This document shows, piece after piece, positions 48,316-61,697 of a stretch of DNA of 64,000 bases; within the stretch, counting starts at the first letter, position 1; each line of letters opens with the position of its first letter. The notes beneath the pieces were generated by a model. The model ran no database searches. It saw nothing but the letters and a program-made list of their open reading frames with translations, and was not told where the DNA came from. Origin of the DNA: Malacoraja senta (Eukaryota). Position numbers and translations under genes: made by a program. The stretch spans positions 16,988,001-17,052,000 of the forward strand of contig CM075977.1 in assembly GCA_038087875.1 (NCBI GenBank). Direction: 5' to 3'.

Positions 48316-51300
48316 TCTTAACACTTTGGATTGCAGATCTACATTGATAATCGATAATTTAACATTGGAGGTAACACAGTTGAGATCAAAGGGCCCTACA
48401 TTAGAGTTGTTTGCAGCAGCTACACTAAGAGTAGGCATTCCAGAAGTGGTTCTTAATTGATAATTAACAAAATACTTGTTAAACTCACTTTGTCAGGGGG
48501 CTCAGTTTAAGTCACTACACCAATTTAACATTCCAAGATACACGTTAGAAAATTAATGTTGGGGCTCCTGATTAGCATTTTATTTGACCCATCAAATGGA
48601 CTTACTTTGTTTACAATTCAGCATCTGGTCAAAACATTACTTTTCACTTGCACAATCTGATCTGCTCAATTTGGGTAAGGGAAACAAAAGTGAAGGGCCT
48701 TAGAGGAGAGACAGCAACAAGTAGATGCAGCACCTGATCAAGCTGCCTTGCTCTCAGAACAGTTCCCCCTTCAGAAGATTCAAATGAAAGTCATTGTGGA
48801 ACATACCAAGCAGAAGATAAGATTTGAGAGGGGAGAATCAACGCATTCAGAGGTCATACTCACTCATTGGTCAGATTACAAGGCAACGTTGGAAGCAGTC
48901 TTAATTACTTCCTCGTTATTTAGATTACAGCAGGGATTAATTTTGTATTTGAAAAGAATATTTCTCTGACCAGCCAAATTCAAAGTAATTTTGCATTTTT
49001 TTAACTGTAATGTTTACCTGAAGAGAATAGCTAATTGCTGGCATCCTACTGCTCCTCATGAACCCTGAGTTGCTCACAAGTTGTAGCATTATGACCAGCT
49101 CGCAAATAGTAACTCAGTGCATTACCAAGGTAAAAAGATGCAAAGTAGAGATCAGAGATGAATGGCAGAGGCCGGAGTTCTTCCTAGATCTGCAAGAGTC
49201 TACATACAGGCAGAAGGTTGTTGTGTGGCATTTGCCTGTGCCTCCATGTTATCACATACCTGACCCATTATTTGCTGCTGAATATGATTATATCCAAGCC
49301 CTTACAAGGTCATGTTCATCATCTCAGTAGTCGAATGATACTCTTGTGGATTTATGTTTCCTCTGCAAGAGTTAGGTTGACTGGTTCCCACTGCTTCATT
49401 CGATAGCAATGCACCAACATTTTCAGTGTGCATCATATTAGTCTTTTTATGAAATCCTCCAGTGTGAATAATCCCTCCAGTGCATCTCCACTATTAATTC
49501 CCCTGATGGTAGCTCATTGTTTTTGTATGTCTGTCCCCTAGCCGCTTGCCCTTATAATCATTTGCCTGAATGTGTGTGTTCAGATACAGGTATCAAAGAT
49601 GAGTGCTGAAAAGTCTAATAGTGCTTACCTTAACTTGCCTTATTTTCTTATTAATGCCCTCTTTCTCTAGCTCAGGGAGACAGGACCACTCCAGTCATCT
49701 ATTTTCTGTTCTTTTCATGGCAAGACTCCTTACATCCTCCCCACCCCCAACTCCTCCTCCCTCCCAAAACACAATTCCTCTCCCCAGGTATATCTAATTT
49801 CTGAGAATCTTAAGTATCTTGCCCTTTAATGAACCAGGCACCTCCCTCTTTATGCTTCCCTCTGTTGCATGGCAGCTTTACAGTATGAAGTTGCTGCCCC
49901 TGCCCTGCCTTCACAGCAGATTGCCATCAAATGAATAAAAATGACACTACACTTGTTGAGACCCTTTTAGGTAGTGAGTTAATACCGCTTCTTGGGTGGA
50001 AACCACTCAGGTGTTATTTTATTCACTAGTTTGGAACCAATTTCCCAAGCCATTTGAAGCTTGATTCAGCATATGCACTGCACAGACCAATACTTTAGTG
50101 CACCAAGAAAAGTCAATTGCGATTGCTAGCTACCTTGGTGATAGATAGCACAGCAAATGTTCATATGGTTCTGATACTTAGAACTAATGTTCAATTTCTG
50201 TGCTTTTATGCATAAGTGGTCAAGATTTGGAATGCTAATGTGCAAGATTCAATATGCACATGGCATGGAGGAGTTACACTCACTTTGTGCCTCACGTGAA
50301 TGGATCCCCTACTCGGTCACATTTAAATAAACTTTGAACAATTTCTAGATATATATTTATACTCAATAGGAACCCATAAGCAAAACAACCTTACAAAGCG
50401 CTTGTCCTCCATGGTACAACTAGAAATCATAACGGCCAGTGTCAAATATGCTCATGCAGGTAATATATTAGGATACATTCCACTCTAGGCAGAATGGTAT
50501 GTTAATTATAACAATGGATTTTTTTCCTTTGCAATGTAATCTGTTAATTGTGGAGAAATAATGAATGCAACAAATCCTTTCTCTGGCAAAATGTTAAAGC
50601 ACAAAAAATATATTAATGAGAAAAACTACAATATATTGATGACAAATCTCCTGCTGGTTTGGAGGTGAGGAGGTTTAAATGATTGGAGTAGATTGGGCTA
50701 ATGAATCTCCAGACATAATCACAATTCCAACTAAGTATTGAATCAATTTAAATTTAGATCTGGCCATTATAATCAACCTGTTCTAATTATTTACATTTTT
50801 AGATTTTAAGAAAAGCAGACTTCAATATTTGTGTGCAGTAAAGATTGTTTCTGTTAGTCCTGTATGTTTCTAAAAGGCTGCGTGCTCACGAGTTTAGTTA
50901 CACCATTCACAATAAATTCAATCTTTCCATTCAAATGCTGCCACAAGCACACCAAAGATAAGAATTTAATTAAATGTAGATTAAAACCAAACAGGAAAAC
51001 ACACTGGCTGATAGTTTTATCCCATCCTGTGGATATATTTTTATACTTTAAACTTGTTCCTCCTTGGGCTATAGTTTTTTTTAATGCAGATAAAGTCATA
51101 ACTCCTTGCATCATATATTACAATACCCTGCATCTATCTCCATGTGCAAGAATCTATGAAAAATAAATTACTATAAACGAGGAAGAGAAATTCAAAGGGG
51201 AATGTCATTTCAGGAAACCTCAGCCAGGAAATTCAGTTGCTTAACAGTGTTTTTACAGCATTATGAAGTTGAAAACCCATAGGTTCTGGAGTTAAACACA

Positions 51301-51477
51301 GTTATAACTATGACTAGGTTGTTTTGCACCTCTCGGAAACTTTTGTCAGGCATTTCCATATGTCATTCTTGTAAGCCTGGTATGATTTACCTGCTGGGAA
51401 TTCACAGGATAAACCTTGTTTCCCATGCACTGCTCCTCCTCCTGCACCTGAGTTGAAGGGGAATTTGGATCAAATTG

Positions 51478-51740
51478 TCCCCCGAACCAGGGGTCACAGT
51501 TTAAGAATAAGGGGTAGATGAGGAAAAACGTTTTGACCCAGAGAGTTGTGAATCTGTGGAATTCTCTGCCATAGAGAATTCACTGGATGTTTTCAAGAGG
51601 GAGTTAGATTTAGCTCTTAGGGCTAAAGGAATCAAGATATATGGGACGGGCTACTGATTGTAGATGATCAGCCATGATCATATTGAATGGTGGTGCTGGC
51701 TCGAAAGGCCGACTCCTGCACCTATTTTTCTGTTTCTATA
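51478..51740 (+). mobile_element. CR1 3' fragment with internal deletions
   Basis: accaggggtcacagtttaagaataagggg, gtgaatctgtggaattctctgcc, 3' UTR and tttctg/tttcta tail. Confidence 0.88.
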
Positions 51741-52716
51741 TCTTGGAGGTAGCTAGCATTGAGATAATAATTTTTGGACCAAATTGGAAGATCTGCAATC
51801 TAAGTAAATTATTTTGCTTCATTCGTAGACCTTTTCCCACCCACCCTTTCCTACATGGAAAGGAACACCATTGCACATCTCTTACCTTGAGTTTCAGCTA
51901 TGCCCTTTTGACTCTCTTATCCACAGCCTCACCTTTGTAACCCTCACCTTTGACATGTGCACAACATTCTCCTGGTCTCTGACCTCCATACCCCTGATTT
52001 TGTTGTTGATCCAATATATCTTCCCAATCCTAGTGCACTCTATTTAGTACTTATAGATATTATTATTTCTATTCAAAGGTGCATTGCGAATGATGAGTAA
52101 CATAATTCATGAGATGGCACTTTATAACAAATTTCCTAGTTTATCATATGTCAAAATACTACATTTGTGTCTCAGCAATTTGCGGCTCACAATTCCTGCT
52201 AGTTTATTAACGTGAGAAGATTAAAAAGAATTCAGACATCAATCTCTTCATTTGGTTTTATTCTGTGTATCCAGGTTGGGTATGACTATTTTCCACTTTC
52301 ATTATTCAGATAATTTATAATTTCATTAGCGAGTTTCTATTAACAACACTGCTTTCTTTATATATCCACTATTCTGGACTAGATGGTGACCTAACATCAA
52401 CTGTAATAATTTGCCAGTAAGCCAACAACACAAATTTATCTTTTAAGAAGAGTAACATCAATGTGATGATTTTTGTCCAGATTCCAAACTTTTTTCAGAT
52501 ATCAGTGATTTTGATTTTGAAATCTCTGTCAGTATTTATCTAAAATTTAATTCATAAAGAACAGTTTTATTGAATCTTCAATGCCAATGTGAAGAGCTAC
52601 GTTAAGAGACATAGGTGAGACCTTTCAATCTTTCCAAGGGTTGAATAGAAGTATCAGCATTGATGGCCAGAGGTGAAGAAAAGACTGCATTAATCACTCA
52701 ATTCCAATATTTTTGG

Positions 52717-53252
52717 AATCATAATCATAATAATAATCATAATCATATTTTATCAGCCAAGTATGTTTTGCAACATATGAGGAATTTGATTTGACATACA
52801 GTCATACCAATAAAAAGCAACAAGACACACAAAATAAATTTTAACATAAACTTCCACCACAATGACTCCCCCACATTCCTCACTGTGATAGAAGGCAAAG
52901 AAAATAAGGTCAATCTCTTTCCTTCTTTGTTCTCCCACGGTCGGGGGCCTCGAGCCTTCTATTGACGGGACAATCATGGCTCCCGTAGCCGGTGGTCGGA
53001 CCCTCCTTGTCGGGGCGATCAAGCTCCTGCATTGGGGGGATCTCAGCTCCCCGCGTTGGGCGATCTGACTCCGGGTCGGGGCTAGTCGAACCTCCTGCGG
53101 CTTTGTAACTTCCAGACATCAGTCTCTAACCGAGATTGCGAGCTCCTCAATGTTTAACAAAATAACAAAATAACAAAAAATAACAAAATAACAAAAAAGA
53201 CGGAAAGACAGACAGGCCGTTGGCGAGGCTGCCATCGCTGACGGTGCCACCC
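52717..53252 (-). mobile_element. Non-autonomous retroelement, Rex-tailed group
   Basis: Minus head ggtggcaccgtcagcgatggcagcctcgcc; (ttgttatt)n tract; gccttctatcacagtg; tail aaattcctcatatg...atacttggctgataaa(tatgat)n. Confidence 0.75.
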
Positions 53253-55819
53253 GGTGAATAGCTACCACACTTGATTAAATTAAATAGATTATTTCAGATT
53301 TTAAATCCAAATAAATTGGTGTCAGATTTACTAATTTATACATGGTAAGGGCTCAATGAGTGATTTTTCGTTCTTTTTATTCGCCTTCTAAAGGTGCATG
53401 GTTCTAAATCTTGCCAAAGCAATCTAGGTTAATTGAAAACTTGCAACGGATACTCTTGGGGGAGAATATCAGAAACTGGATGATGAAGTATTGAACTGAA
53501 AGGACTTGGATGATTAATTACTACTGTACTGAAGATGTTTAAAGCCACATGACAACACTTTAAACCTGCAAATTTAAGACAAAGCAGAAAGGTTAATATA
53601 CCAAACCTAGCCAAACTGCTAGATTTTTATAGATTGTATTTAAAGTTTGATTTGAAACTGTGAGCCATATACTTTAATCTTAGTTTTAAACAATCTGTTG
53701 AATATTAAGCATTTAAAAGCAGCTCGTGAACCTGCTGTTGCAAACTCCTAGGCTTGAAGTGATAATGTTCAGAGATTCAAAACCTGCTTTTGAGTGTCAG
53801 AATGTAAAACACATTTAATGTAAGTCCTGTGGAAGCTGAGAAAAACATTGAAATACTGTGGCAATTTATTTAACTCCTGGCATAAATTCCATGCCATTGG
53901 TTGTTTCTGCAGTCAAAACACATCATTGAAAAATTACTTAATATATTTGGAAGAAAATATCCCAGTCCCCAAACCAGAGTGTTATCTATTCCTGAAGGTC
54001 TCTCCTTAGTAAACGGAGAAAGCTGAGATAGCTTCCTCATGTAGAAGAACAAATATGGCTTAAAGTCAAAGTTTAATGTTTGTTAGACACGTTGTGTAAT
54101 GCAAAAATTAATCACCAGTTCAATCCATAACTGAAAGTGCCAGCAGTACGTGGTTTTGGTCTCAACACATCAAATTCCAAGAGGTGAAATTCAGCCAGAA
54201 TTTCCACACACTGACCATTGATGATAGTGATCAAAGATATGATTACATTCAACTGTGACTCCCACTGCAGTCGCAGAGCCTGCTAACACTCACTGTTTTA
54301 TCACAGATGTAAAATATGGTCAAATAGGCAAGCTTGGTGATTTCTCAGTATTTCAGTGCCTGTACTGAAGTAATTCAAATGGGTACAAATGCTATTGAGG
54401 ATCAGCTGACAATGTCACAATGTAATATGAACATCCAAACCCTTTATTTGTAAAAACTGTTTAAAATATGCATGAGCAAGATGTATAGGAAGAGATTGCT
54501 GTGATGTTGTTTCATTATAGATGGTGAAAGAGACCAAATAAATCTCCACAGAGGGATATGCAGGAAAAGTAAGCCCAGAAATTAGATCATATAATGGGCT
54601 GTTTTGGGACATCATTTGTTTAAGTATTCCTGGGTGAAATTGTAAGAGACAAAACACTTTCTTGCATTATTGACATTCTTGGGCCTAAAATTGATCTGAC
54701 ATTAGGTACACATCAGCAACCATCATGCATTCTGTGAAGTCCACTTCTGACTATATTGGCAGAAAATGAAACAGAAATTAGGATAACATGGCCCCAGTTT
54801 GATGGGGAGTGTTTTCACTGTTAAAATGCGCTCTACTGACATTAGGAGACCTGACTGTGCAGCTTCATAAGTGACTGTCGAGTGCTCAAACACCTTCTAA
54901 ATCTACTGAGTCTGCTAAAACTAATAGTGTGTTTTTTGTCGGCATTTAGTTGCTGGGATACTCTTTCAGCGAGTGCATCAGAGATGACACAGCTGGCAGC
55001 ATTCCATTATTGAGGTGTTGATTTGTCCATGGTTGGCTGTTCAGATGGATAAGGGAATTTGTAGAAGGAGGCAAATATGAACATCAGGGGAGAAGCTTCC
55101 CGCAGAGACTTCAAAGGCAACCTGCCATCACTGAGCAAACAGATCAAAGGGAGATTTGATGGATTTTTACTAGATTATGACAAGCATGGATAAGGTAGAG
55201 AAAGAAAAGCTGTTCCCATGAGCTGATGGTACAAGGGCTGGGGCGACGTTTGAGGGTGGGGGTAAGGGTGAGATGTGAAGAACTTTTCTAACACCATGTG
55301 TCATATCGACCTGAAACTTACTACCTACAGAGGTGTGCGGTGGAGATGATTAATGATTTTTAAGTAAAATGGATAGGCACTTTATTATCACAAAAATAAG
55401 CCTGTAGAGCAATCATATATTTCTACTCCAGAAACATGTGACTGAGTCGATTGCTCTACAGTGAGTTAGCATAAAGCGTCTGCAAAATAAATTTCCCAAT
55501 AAATGCTCTTCACATCACTGATGATGCGTAAGATCCCCTCGGGTTCCGCACTGCAGGTCCACCTACATTTGAAATAGCACTTCAGTAAATGATTCCTGAC
55601 TTTTTAATGTAGTGGCCTGGCACAAATTCTCTGGATCTCCTGATGAATATGAAACTGCTTAGCTATGTGCAAGATACATGTTCCTGGGATCAGCTGCTTA
55701 TTGCAGGTATAAATATTGGCCAAGATCTTAGAACCCTTTGGGCTGCTGTTCAACACAACGATGGTGGTGAGCCAATATCATAACTAAGAGTCATGCAAAT
55801 CAGAGCACAATGATCATAG

Positions 55820-57345
55820 CCATATGCAAGGCGTAGGTTCATGGAGTTACACACCATGGAAACAGGTCCTTCATCACAACTCATCCATGCCAACCGAGAA
55901 TTCTATTTTAGCTACTCCCATTTACCTTCATTTGGCCCATACTACACCCCCCCCCAAAAAAAAACCTTTTCAATCAACGCACTGGTCAAAATGTGTTTTA
56001 AATGTTTTAACAACACTCACTAGGGCCCTGCCATTCACGGTCGACGTCCTGGCCTGGTTTAACTTCCCATAATGCATCACTTCACACTAGTCAGAGTTCA
56101 ATTCCACTGTCAATCCTTGGCCCACTTTCCCAGTCAATCCAGATCCTGTTGTAATCTTTGTGAACCTTCCTCACCATCCATTAGACATAGGAGCAGAAAT
56201 AGGTAACTGATAACCAATCAGCTACTCACAAACAGCCTATAATTTCCTTACTTTTGCCTCGCCCCCTTCCTAAACAGTGGAGTTACCTGTTCCCGTCCTC
56301 TGGAACCATTCCTGAGTCTAGTGATTCTTAAAAGATCACTACTAATGCCTCCACATCTCCACAGCTACCTCTTTCAGAATCCTAAGGTGTAGTCCATCTA
56401 GTCAAGTGATTTATTCACCATCAGACCTTTCAGCTTCCCCAAAACCTTCTCCTCAGTAATAGTGACTGCACTTTTTAATATTATTGGCTAGCTTGCCTTC
56501 ATATTTCATCTTTTTTCTCCTTATTGCCTTTTTAGTTGCCTTTTTTTAAAACCTCCCAATCCTCTAATTTTTTGTTAATCTTTGCCATCTTATACGCCTT
56601 CTCTTTTGCTTTTATGCTATCTTTGACTTCTTTTTTCAGCCATGGTCATCTTATGCTCCCTTTAGTATGTTTCTTTATCGTTGGGATGAAAAAATCCCAT
56701 GCCTTCTGAATTACGCACAAAAGCTGCTGATATTGCTACTCCACTGTCATTCCTGCAAGAGTCCCTTTCCAATCAAGTTTAGCCAGCTCCTCCATCATGC
56801 CTCTGTAGTTACCTTTACACAACAATCATACTGATATACTGTATTTGATTTCATCTTTTCCCTCTCAAACTGCAGTTTGACATATCGTATTATGATCACT
56901 GCCTCATAACGATCCCTTTACTTTAATTTCCCACCAGTATATTAACCATATAACCATATAACCATAACAGCACGGAAACAGGCCATCTCGGCCCTTCAAG
57001 TCCGTGCCGAACATTTAATTTTTTTTAATTAAAAATAAAATACTTCCCCCTAGTCCCATCTACCTGCACTCAGACCATAACCCTCCATTCCTTTCCCGTC
57101 CATATACACATCCAATCTATTTTTAAAGGATAACATCGAACCTGCCTCCACCACTTCCACTGGAAGCTCATTCCACACAGCTACCACTCTCTGAGTAAAG
57201 AAGTTCCCCCTAATGTTCCCCCTAAACTTCTGTCCCTTAATTCTACCACTAATTCCACTAATTATACCACTATTATACCACTAATTTTGGTGTCATCTGC
57301 AATTTTATTAATCATACCATACGTTCTCATCCAACTCATACGACA
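55820..57345 (-). mobile_element. Mosaic of CR1 fragments of several ages, including a younger 3' end at ~56944-57243 with an (ATATGGTT)n tail
   Basis: CR1 linker-like DNA at 56250-56930 (agatcactactaatgcctccac, gctagcttgccttcatatttcatc); aaccatat repeats at 56944-56968; ttttggtgtcatctgcaa (FADD) at 57285-57302. Confidence 0.75.
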
Positions 57346-57389
57346 AACAATAGGGGATCTAGAACGTCTTCAAATTTTTTTTTTTAAAG

Positions 57390-57612
57390 GGGAGGAGATG
57401 GGAAGATGTGGCCAGTGGTGTGATCCCGTTGGAGGTGGCGAAAATGTCGGAGGATTATTTGTTGTATGTGACGGCTGGTAGGGTGGAAGGTGAGGACAAG
57501 GGGAACTCTGCCCTTGTTACGAGTGGGAAGGGTCTCGACCCGAAACGTTGCCTATTTCCTTCGCTCCATAGATGCTGCCTCACCCGCTGAGTTTCTCCAG
57601 CATTTTTGTCAA
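57390..57612. mobile_element. Penelope-like body fragment (minus) joined to an inverted partial pLTR (plus)
   Basis: gggaagatgtggccagtggtgtgatcccgttggaggtggcgaaaatgtcgg, then agggtctcgacccgaaacgttgcctatttcc. Confidence 0.7.
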
Positions 57613-58829
57613 CCGGGGACCTAGAACTGATCCCCGCAGCACTGGTCACAGACCTCCAATGGGAAAAACAACCCCCCACTATCACCAAGCCAATTTTGAA
57701 TCATGTGTTTGGACCCCACCTTGAAAGCTAATGTAGTCCACCATCATTCAGCTCTGCGAGATTCATCATGCGACTCCATTTGGAATGTATTTTAAGCCTT
57801 TGCACTAACTGACAATTTCTAGGTACACAATGGGGCACAACTGAAGTGTCACTGGTAGAAGTACCATGTTTAACTCAGCTTAGAGCAGTTGGATTTGATC
57901 AAAGTGATGTGATGCATTTCTGCACAGACTGACATTTTTCACTAATACTCTCTCACTTAATCCTTCTGCTTTCAATCTTCTACAAAATAGTGGTGGAAGG
58001 GACAATGTGGAACAGGCGTGTTTCTACTCAACACACTGCCTCGCATTACTCTGTTTTTCATTGGATTCTGAAGAAATGCCATGATAAACAATTTTTAAAG
58101 CAGAATAATCAGGGATAAGAATTGCAAGATTGTCATCCATTTTTGCAGTAAGAGTTACAGTATATGCTATATAGACCAGAATAAAATGGCAGCCATTGCA
58201 AGTAAGTATTACAATCCATGTGGTATGCTGCAATGAGGATGTATGTTTTAAAGGAATTCTTTGTTTTCTCACAGCCAAGTTTTAGTTTAAGGAAGTTAAT
58301 TTGACAGGTATGACATCAGCAACCTTACTAGGTAAGACATGCAGCAATTCAGCAATACTATAGGTTTATTTTTGCAACATGAAGTATGCTATTTACACAA
58401 AATGCATTTCTTCAGAGCTCCGGTCTTGAAAATTCTTAATAACCATGTCAAATTAAATGACACTGTAATGAAAAATCTCAGGAAACTTTGAATAAAGTAT
58501 ATACTTTCAATACTTTATCATTTCACAAAGCCTATCTGGATTTTAATGTTTTGTTGTTATGTTGTAGTGTCCCTTGCATGACTGCAGACTGACTGCTTCA
58601 AGGTCTTTTCATTTTGGGTTTACATGAACATCTTTGAGGGCCTATACAGTATAAGGAAATATCTCTTGCACGCTGTTTGAATTTGTCCTCCAGACTATTT
58701 TTGCGAATTTAGTTAACAGTTTACATGTAGAATTTTTTTTAAATTACAATAATTATATTACTCTTGTTCCAAGTGCCTCTAACCTCCTGATCCACATTTT
58801 GTCCCACTTTACCACTGTTGCTTGGCAGG

Positions 58830-59150
58830 CTATAGACAACTCCCACTGTGCTTTTCTGAACTTTGCTGTTTCTTAGCTCTACCCAAACTTATTCTACTTC
58901 CTGATCTCCTGAGAACATTTCTCTTTACTAACTTTATTTCATCCGATGTTATTACAGCTAACCCCCCCTTATTTTCCATCTTGCCTATCTCTTCCAAATG
59001 TTTAAGTGTGCTGGGATATTTAGTTCTCAACCTAGGTCATTTTGCAACTGCCACTATGTAATGGCTTTGTGATCTCATGCATTTATCTCTATTTGTGGCA
59101 TTAATTCATCTGTCTTGTTATGAATCTTGTAAGCATTCAGATAAAGAACC
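58830..59150 (-). mobile_element. Old CR1 endonuclease N-terminal fragment
   Basis: Minus translation VLYLNAYKIHNKTDEL resembles LCLNARSIRNKVDEL of the intact ORF2; NKGGLAV resembles KGGGVAL. Confidence 0.7.
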
Positions 59151-59420
59151 TTGTCTTTGGATATTTATCCCTAATAGCCTTTTTTGCCTATAAACAGTTG
59201 GTGTACAATTCCCCAAAGAATCTGCAATCATGAATCATAGGTTTCATGGATTTCCTTTGCAGTATAACTTTACAATCGGATTATTTCAGTTTAACAGTAT
59301 TTTAAAATCGAGTTTTGTTAGAGGTTTAAAATATAAAGTATTTACACATAAATGCAAGGAACTGCAGAATCTGGAATTCTGCGAAGATTGTGTAAAGTGC
59401 TGGAGTAACTCAGAGGGTTA

Positions 59421-60155
59421 TGGGCCTGTCCCACTTAGGCAATTTTTCAGGCGACTGCCGGCGACTGTCAAGTTGCCGGCAGTCATCTGAAAAACCGGCA
59501 ACTGAAACGGCGACTGTCAGAGTGGAACACACACACACATCGCTTCCTTCACCAGCCCGTAATGCAAGTGGGGAACAGGGCAAGCGGGGTAAGCGATGTC
59601 TGAGTTAAATTCACACTGTGCAAAGCTAGGGTGATACAGACTCACACCACGATGAACAGGAAGGTTGGTGCTGTAATTAAGATGGCTAAAGCACTGTGTA
59701 TGTTAAGTCCTTTAAAAGAGGGGGGGAGAAGGGGGGAAGAAGGAGGGAGAAGGAGTGGAGACAACTCTTAAGAAGCCAGAGATACACGGCTGTGAAGCTC
59801 GGCGAACATTTAACATTACCGGTCGGTTAACCTTGGTACTGAAAACTACTGCTTAGGTCAGCGGTCAGCCGGTCAGCACCGGCTACAACCCACGAGAACC
59901 TTCGACCTCCTGGCAACCCACTAGGATCTCCTGGTGACCCACGTATGGCACGAGAATTCTCGCTACTCTCCATGGCGACTTGTTGAAAAATTTGCGGCGA
60001 CCATAATGAGGCCGCGACCAGTTCCCAGAATGCTGGAACTCCTCACGACCATGAAGGCAACTCCCCGGCAACTACCCACAAACAGGTGGCCACCATGTGG
60101 CAACTGCATAATCTCCTGCAGTCGCCTAAAAAGTCGCCCAAGTGGGATAGGCCCA
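59421..60155. mobile_element. PIF/Harbinger-type MITE
   Basis: TIR TGGGCCTGTCCCACTTAGGC...GCCCAAGTGGGATAGGCCCA; TSD TTA/TGA; the empty site is visible in the inverted paralog at ~62340-62352. Confidence 0.9.
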
Positions 60156-61310
60156 TGAGGCAAAGCTGCTGTGTCTTTACACATAATTTTGGTAAACCTG
60201 AGTGACTTTAAGCTCACAGGATTTGCTGAAGGGCAAACTGAGAAAGATGCAAGAAATGCTGTGGTGCATTCAGCAGGCTGAGGAAATCTGGTAGAGAAAC
60301 AACGTGGCACATGGAATTGCAATAAACTGGGCTGGCACTTTAAAATCCAGCAGGGAATGATGCTTCAGATGAAACAGAAGGTAAATGTGTGCATGAATGC
60401 CTTAAGCAGAAGAAGATATTTGCATTGCATATTGGGCCTGATGCAGAAATGCAGACTAGAGATTCATTAACAGTGAATGACCCATTCGACATCTGGTAGG
60501 GCAGACGTTAAAACTGCTGCTTCTGATCTCAAGCAAATAACGACAGTGCAGGGAATACCAATGCTGGCTATAACGTACACTGTACACTTGCAGCCAAAAT
60601 TCTGTGCTTTGGCTTATTTGAAGGATGAGAAATTGGATTAAATTAAGGCTTTATGAAGGAGTTCGGAAAATGGCGTACCATTTGTGGACAAAAGGAAATA
60701 TTAATTGGCGAATGATTGGATTTTTTGAACAAGTGCAGCAGATGAAAAGCCATACCTCACAGAATTTTATGATCTACTGCTATCCGTTTGTGCTTAACTT
60801 TTAGAAACCTTGGCCCAGATTTTGTCGAGGATGTTACTAGTTCCCAATGTATCTGCCAACATTCCGCTGTGTAACAACTTTGGGATTCGCCCATTTTGTA
60901 CGAGTCTCGATATTACAATTATTTATTCACATATGTTTTGCAGACCCTACTCCAACATTATAATGATTATAACTATAATGATAATTATTAAAATAAATAG
61001 TTGAGCGAGCGCCACCCTAAAAATGAGGACGTGGTTCATTCACAAGTTTCTTGACTTTTTCTCTGAAGCAAAGCATGATGGAATGTCCATTACAACTCTG
61101 CAATTGTTTTCCAGATTTGGCTTCACAAAAATTGTAAAAAGTTGCAGCAGGCATTAATGTTGCACCGGGCACGTCCACCAGGAAGTGTGGCACTTCCACA
61201 CATACTAAGTTGACACTATTATTGCTATTTCAACATTCCAGACCATGCTCTTTCTTATCCCTGCATAGCTGAATATATGTTCAGCAGCCAGAAGTCCACA
61301 TCAGTACTAA

Positions 61311-61697
61311 AGCACCTGTCTCACTTTGGAGACCTAAACAGCAACCTCTGGTGACCTTGCCAGCCACCCAAAAAAAAATCAAGGTCGAGGTGACCTGCAA
61401 CCTCCTACCACCTCCCACGCATATGTTGAAAACCTTCCTCGACTATGAGGAAAACCAGCTTCGACTAGACCGACTAAAAAAAAGATCAATTTTTAAAACG
61501 GCAACCTATTTTTAGTCGAGGCCGGTTTTAATCATGATAAAAAATAGCAGCCACCTAGATGAAGCCTCAACCACATGGAAACCACTTTCGACCATTAGGG
61601 AGAGTGACCAAAACCTCCGGTGACCTCATGGAAACCTTGGGTGGCGGGCAAGTTCACCAGAGGTTGCTGTTTAGGTCTCCTAAGTGGGACAGGGGAA
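61311..61697. mobile_element. MITE with ~60-bp TIRs of the same CCTGTCCCACTT terminal family
   Basis: cctgtctcactttggagacctaaacagcaacctctggtgaccttgccagccaccca versus tgggtggcgggcaagttcaccagaggttgctgtttaggtctcctaagtgggacagg. Confidence 0.85.
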
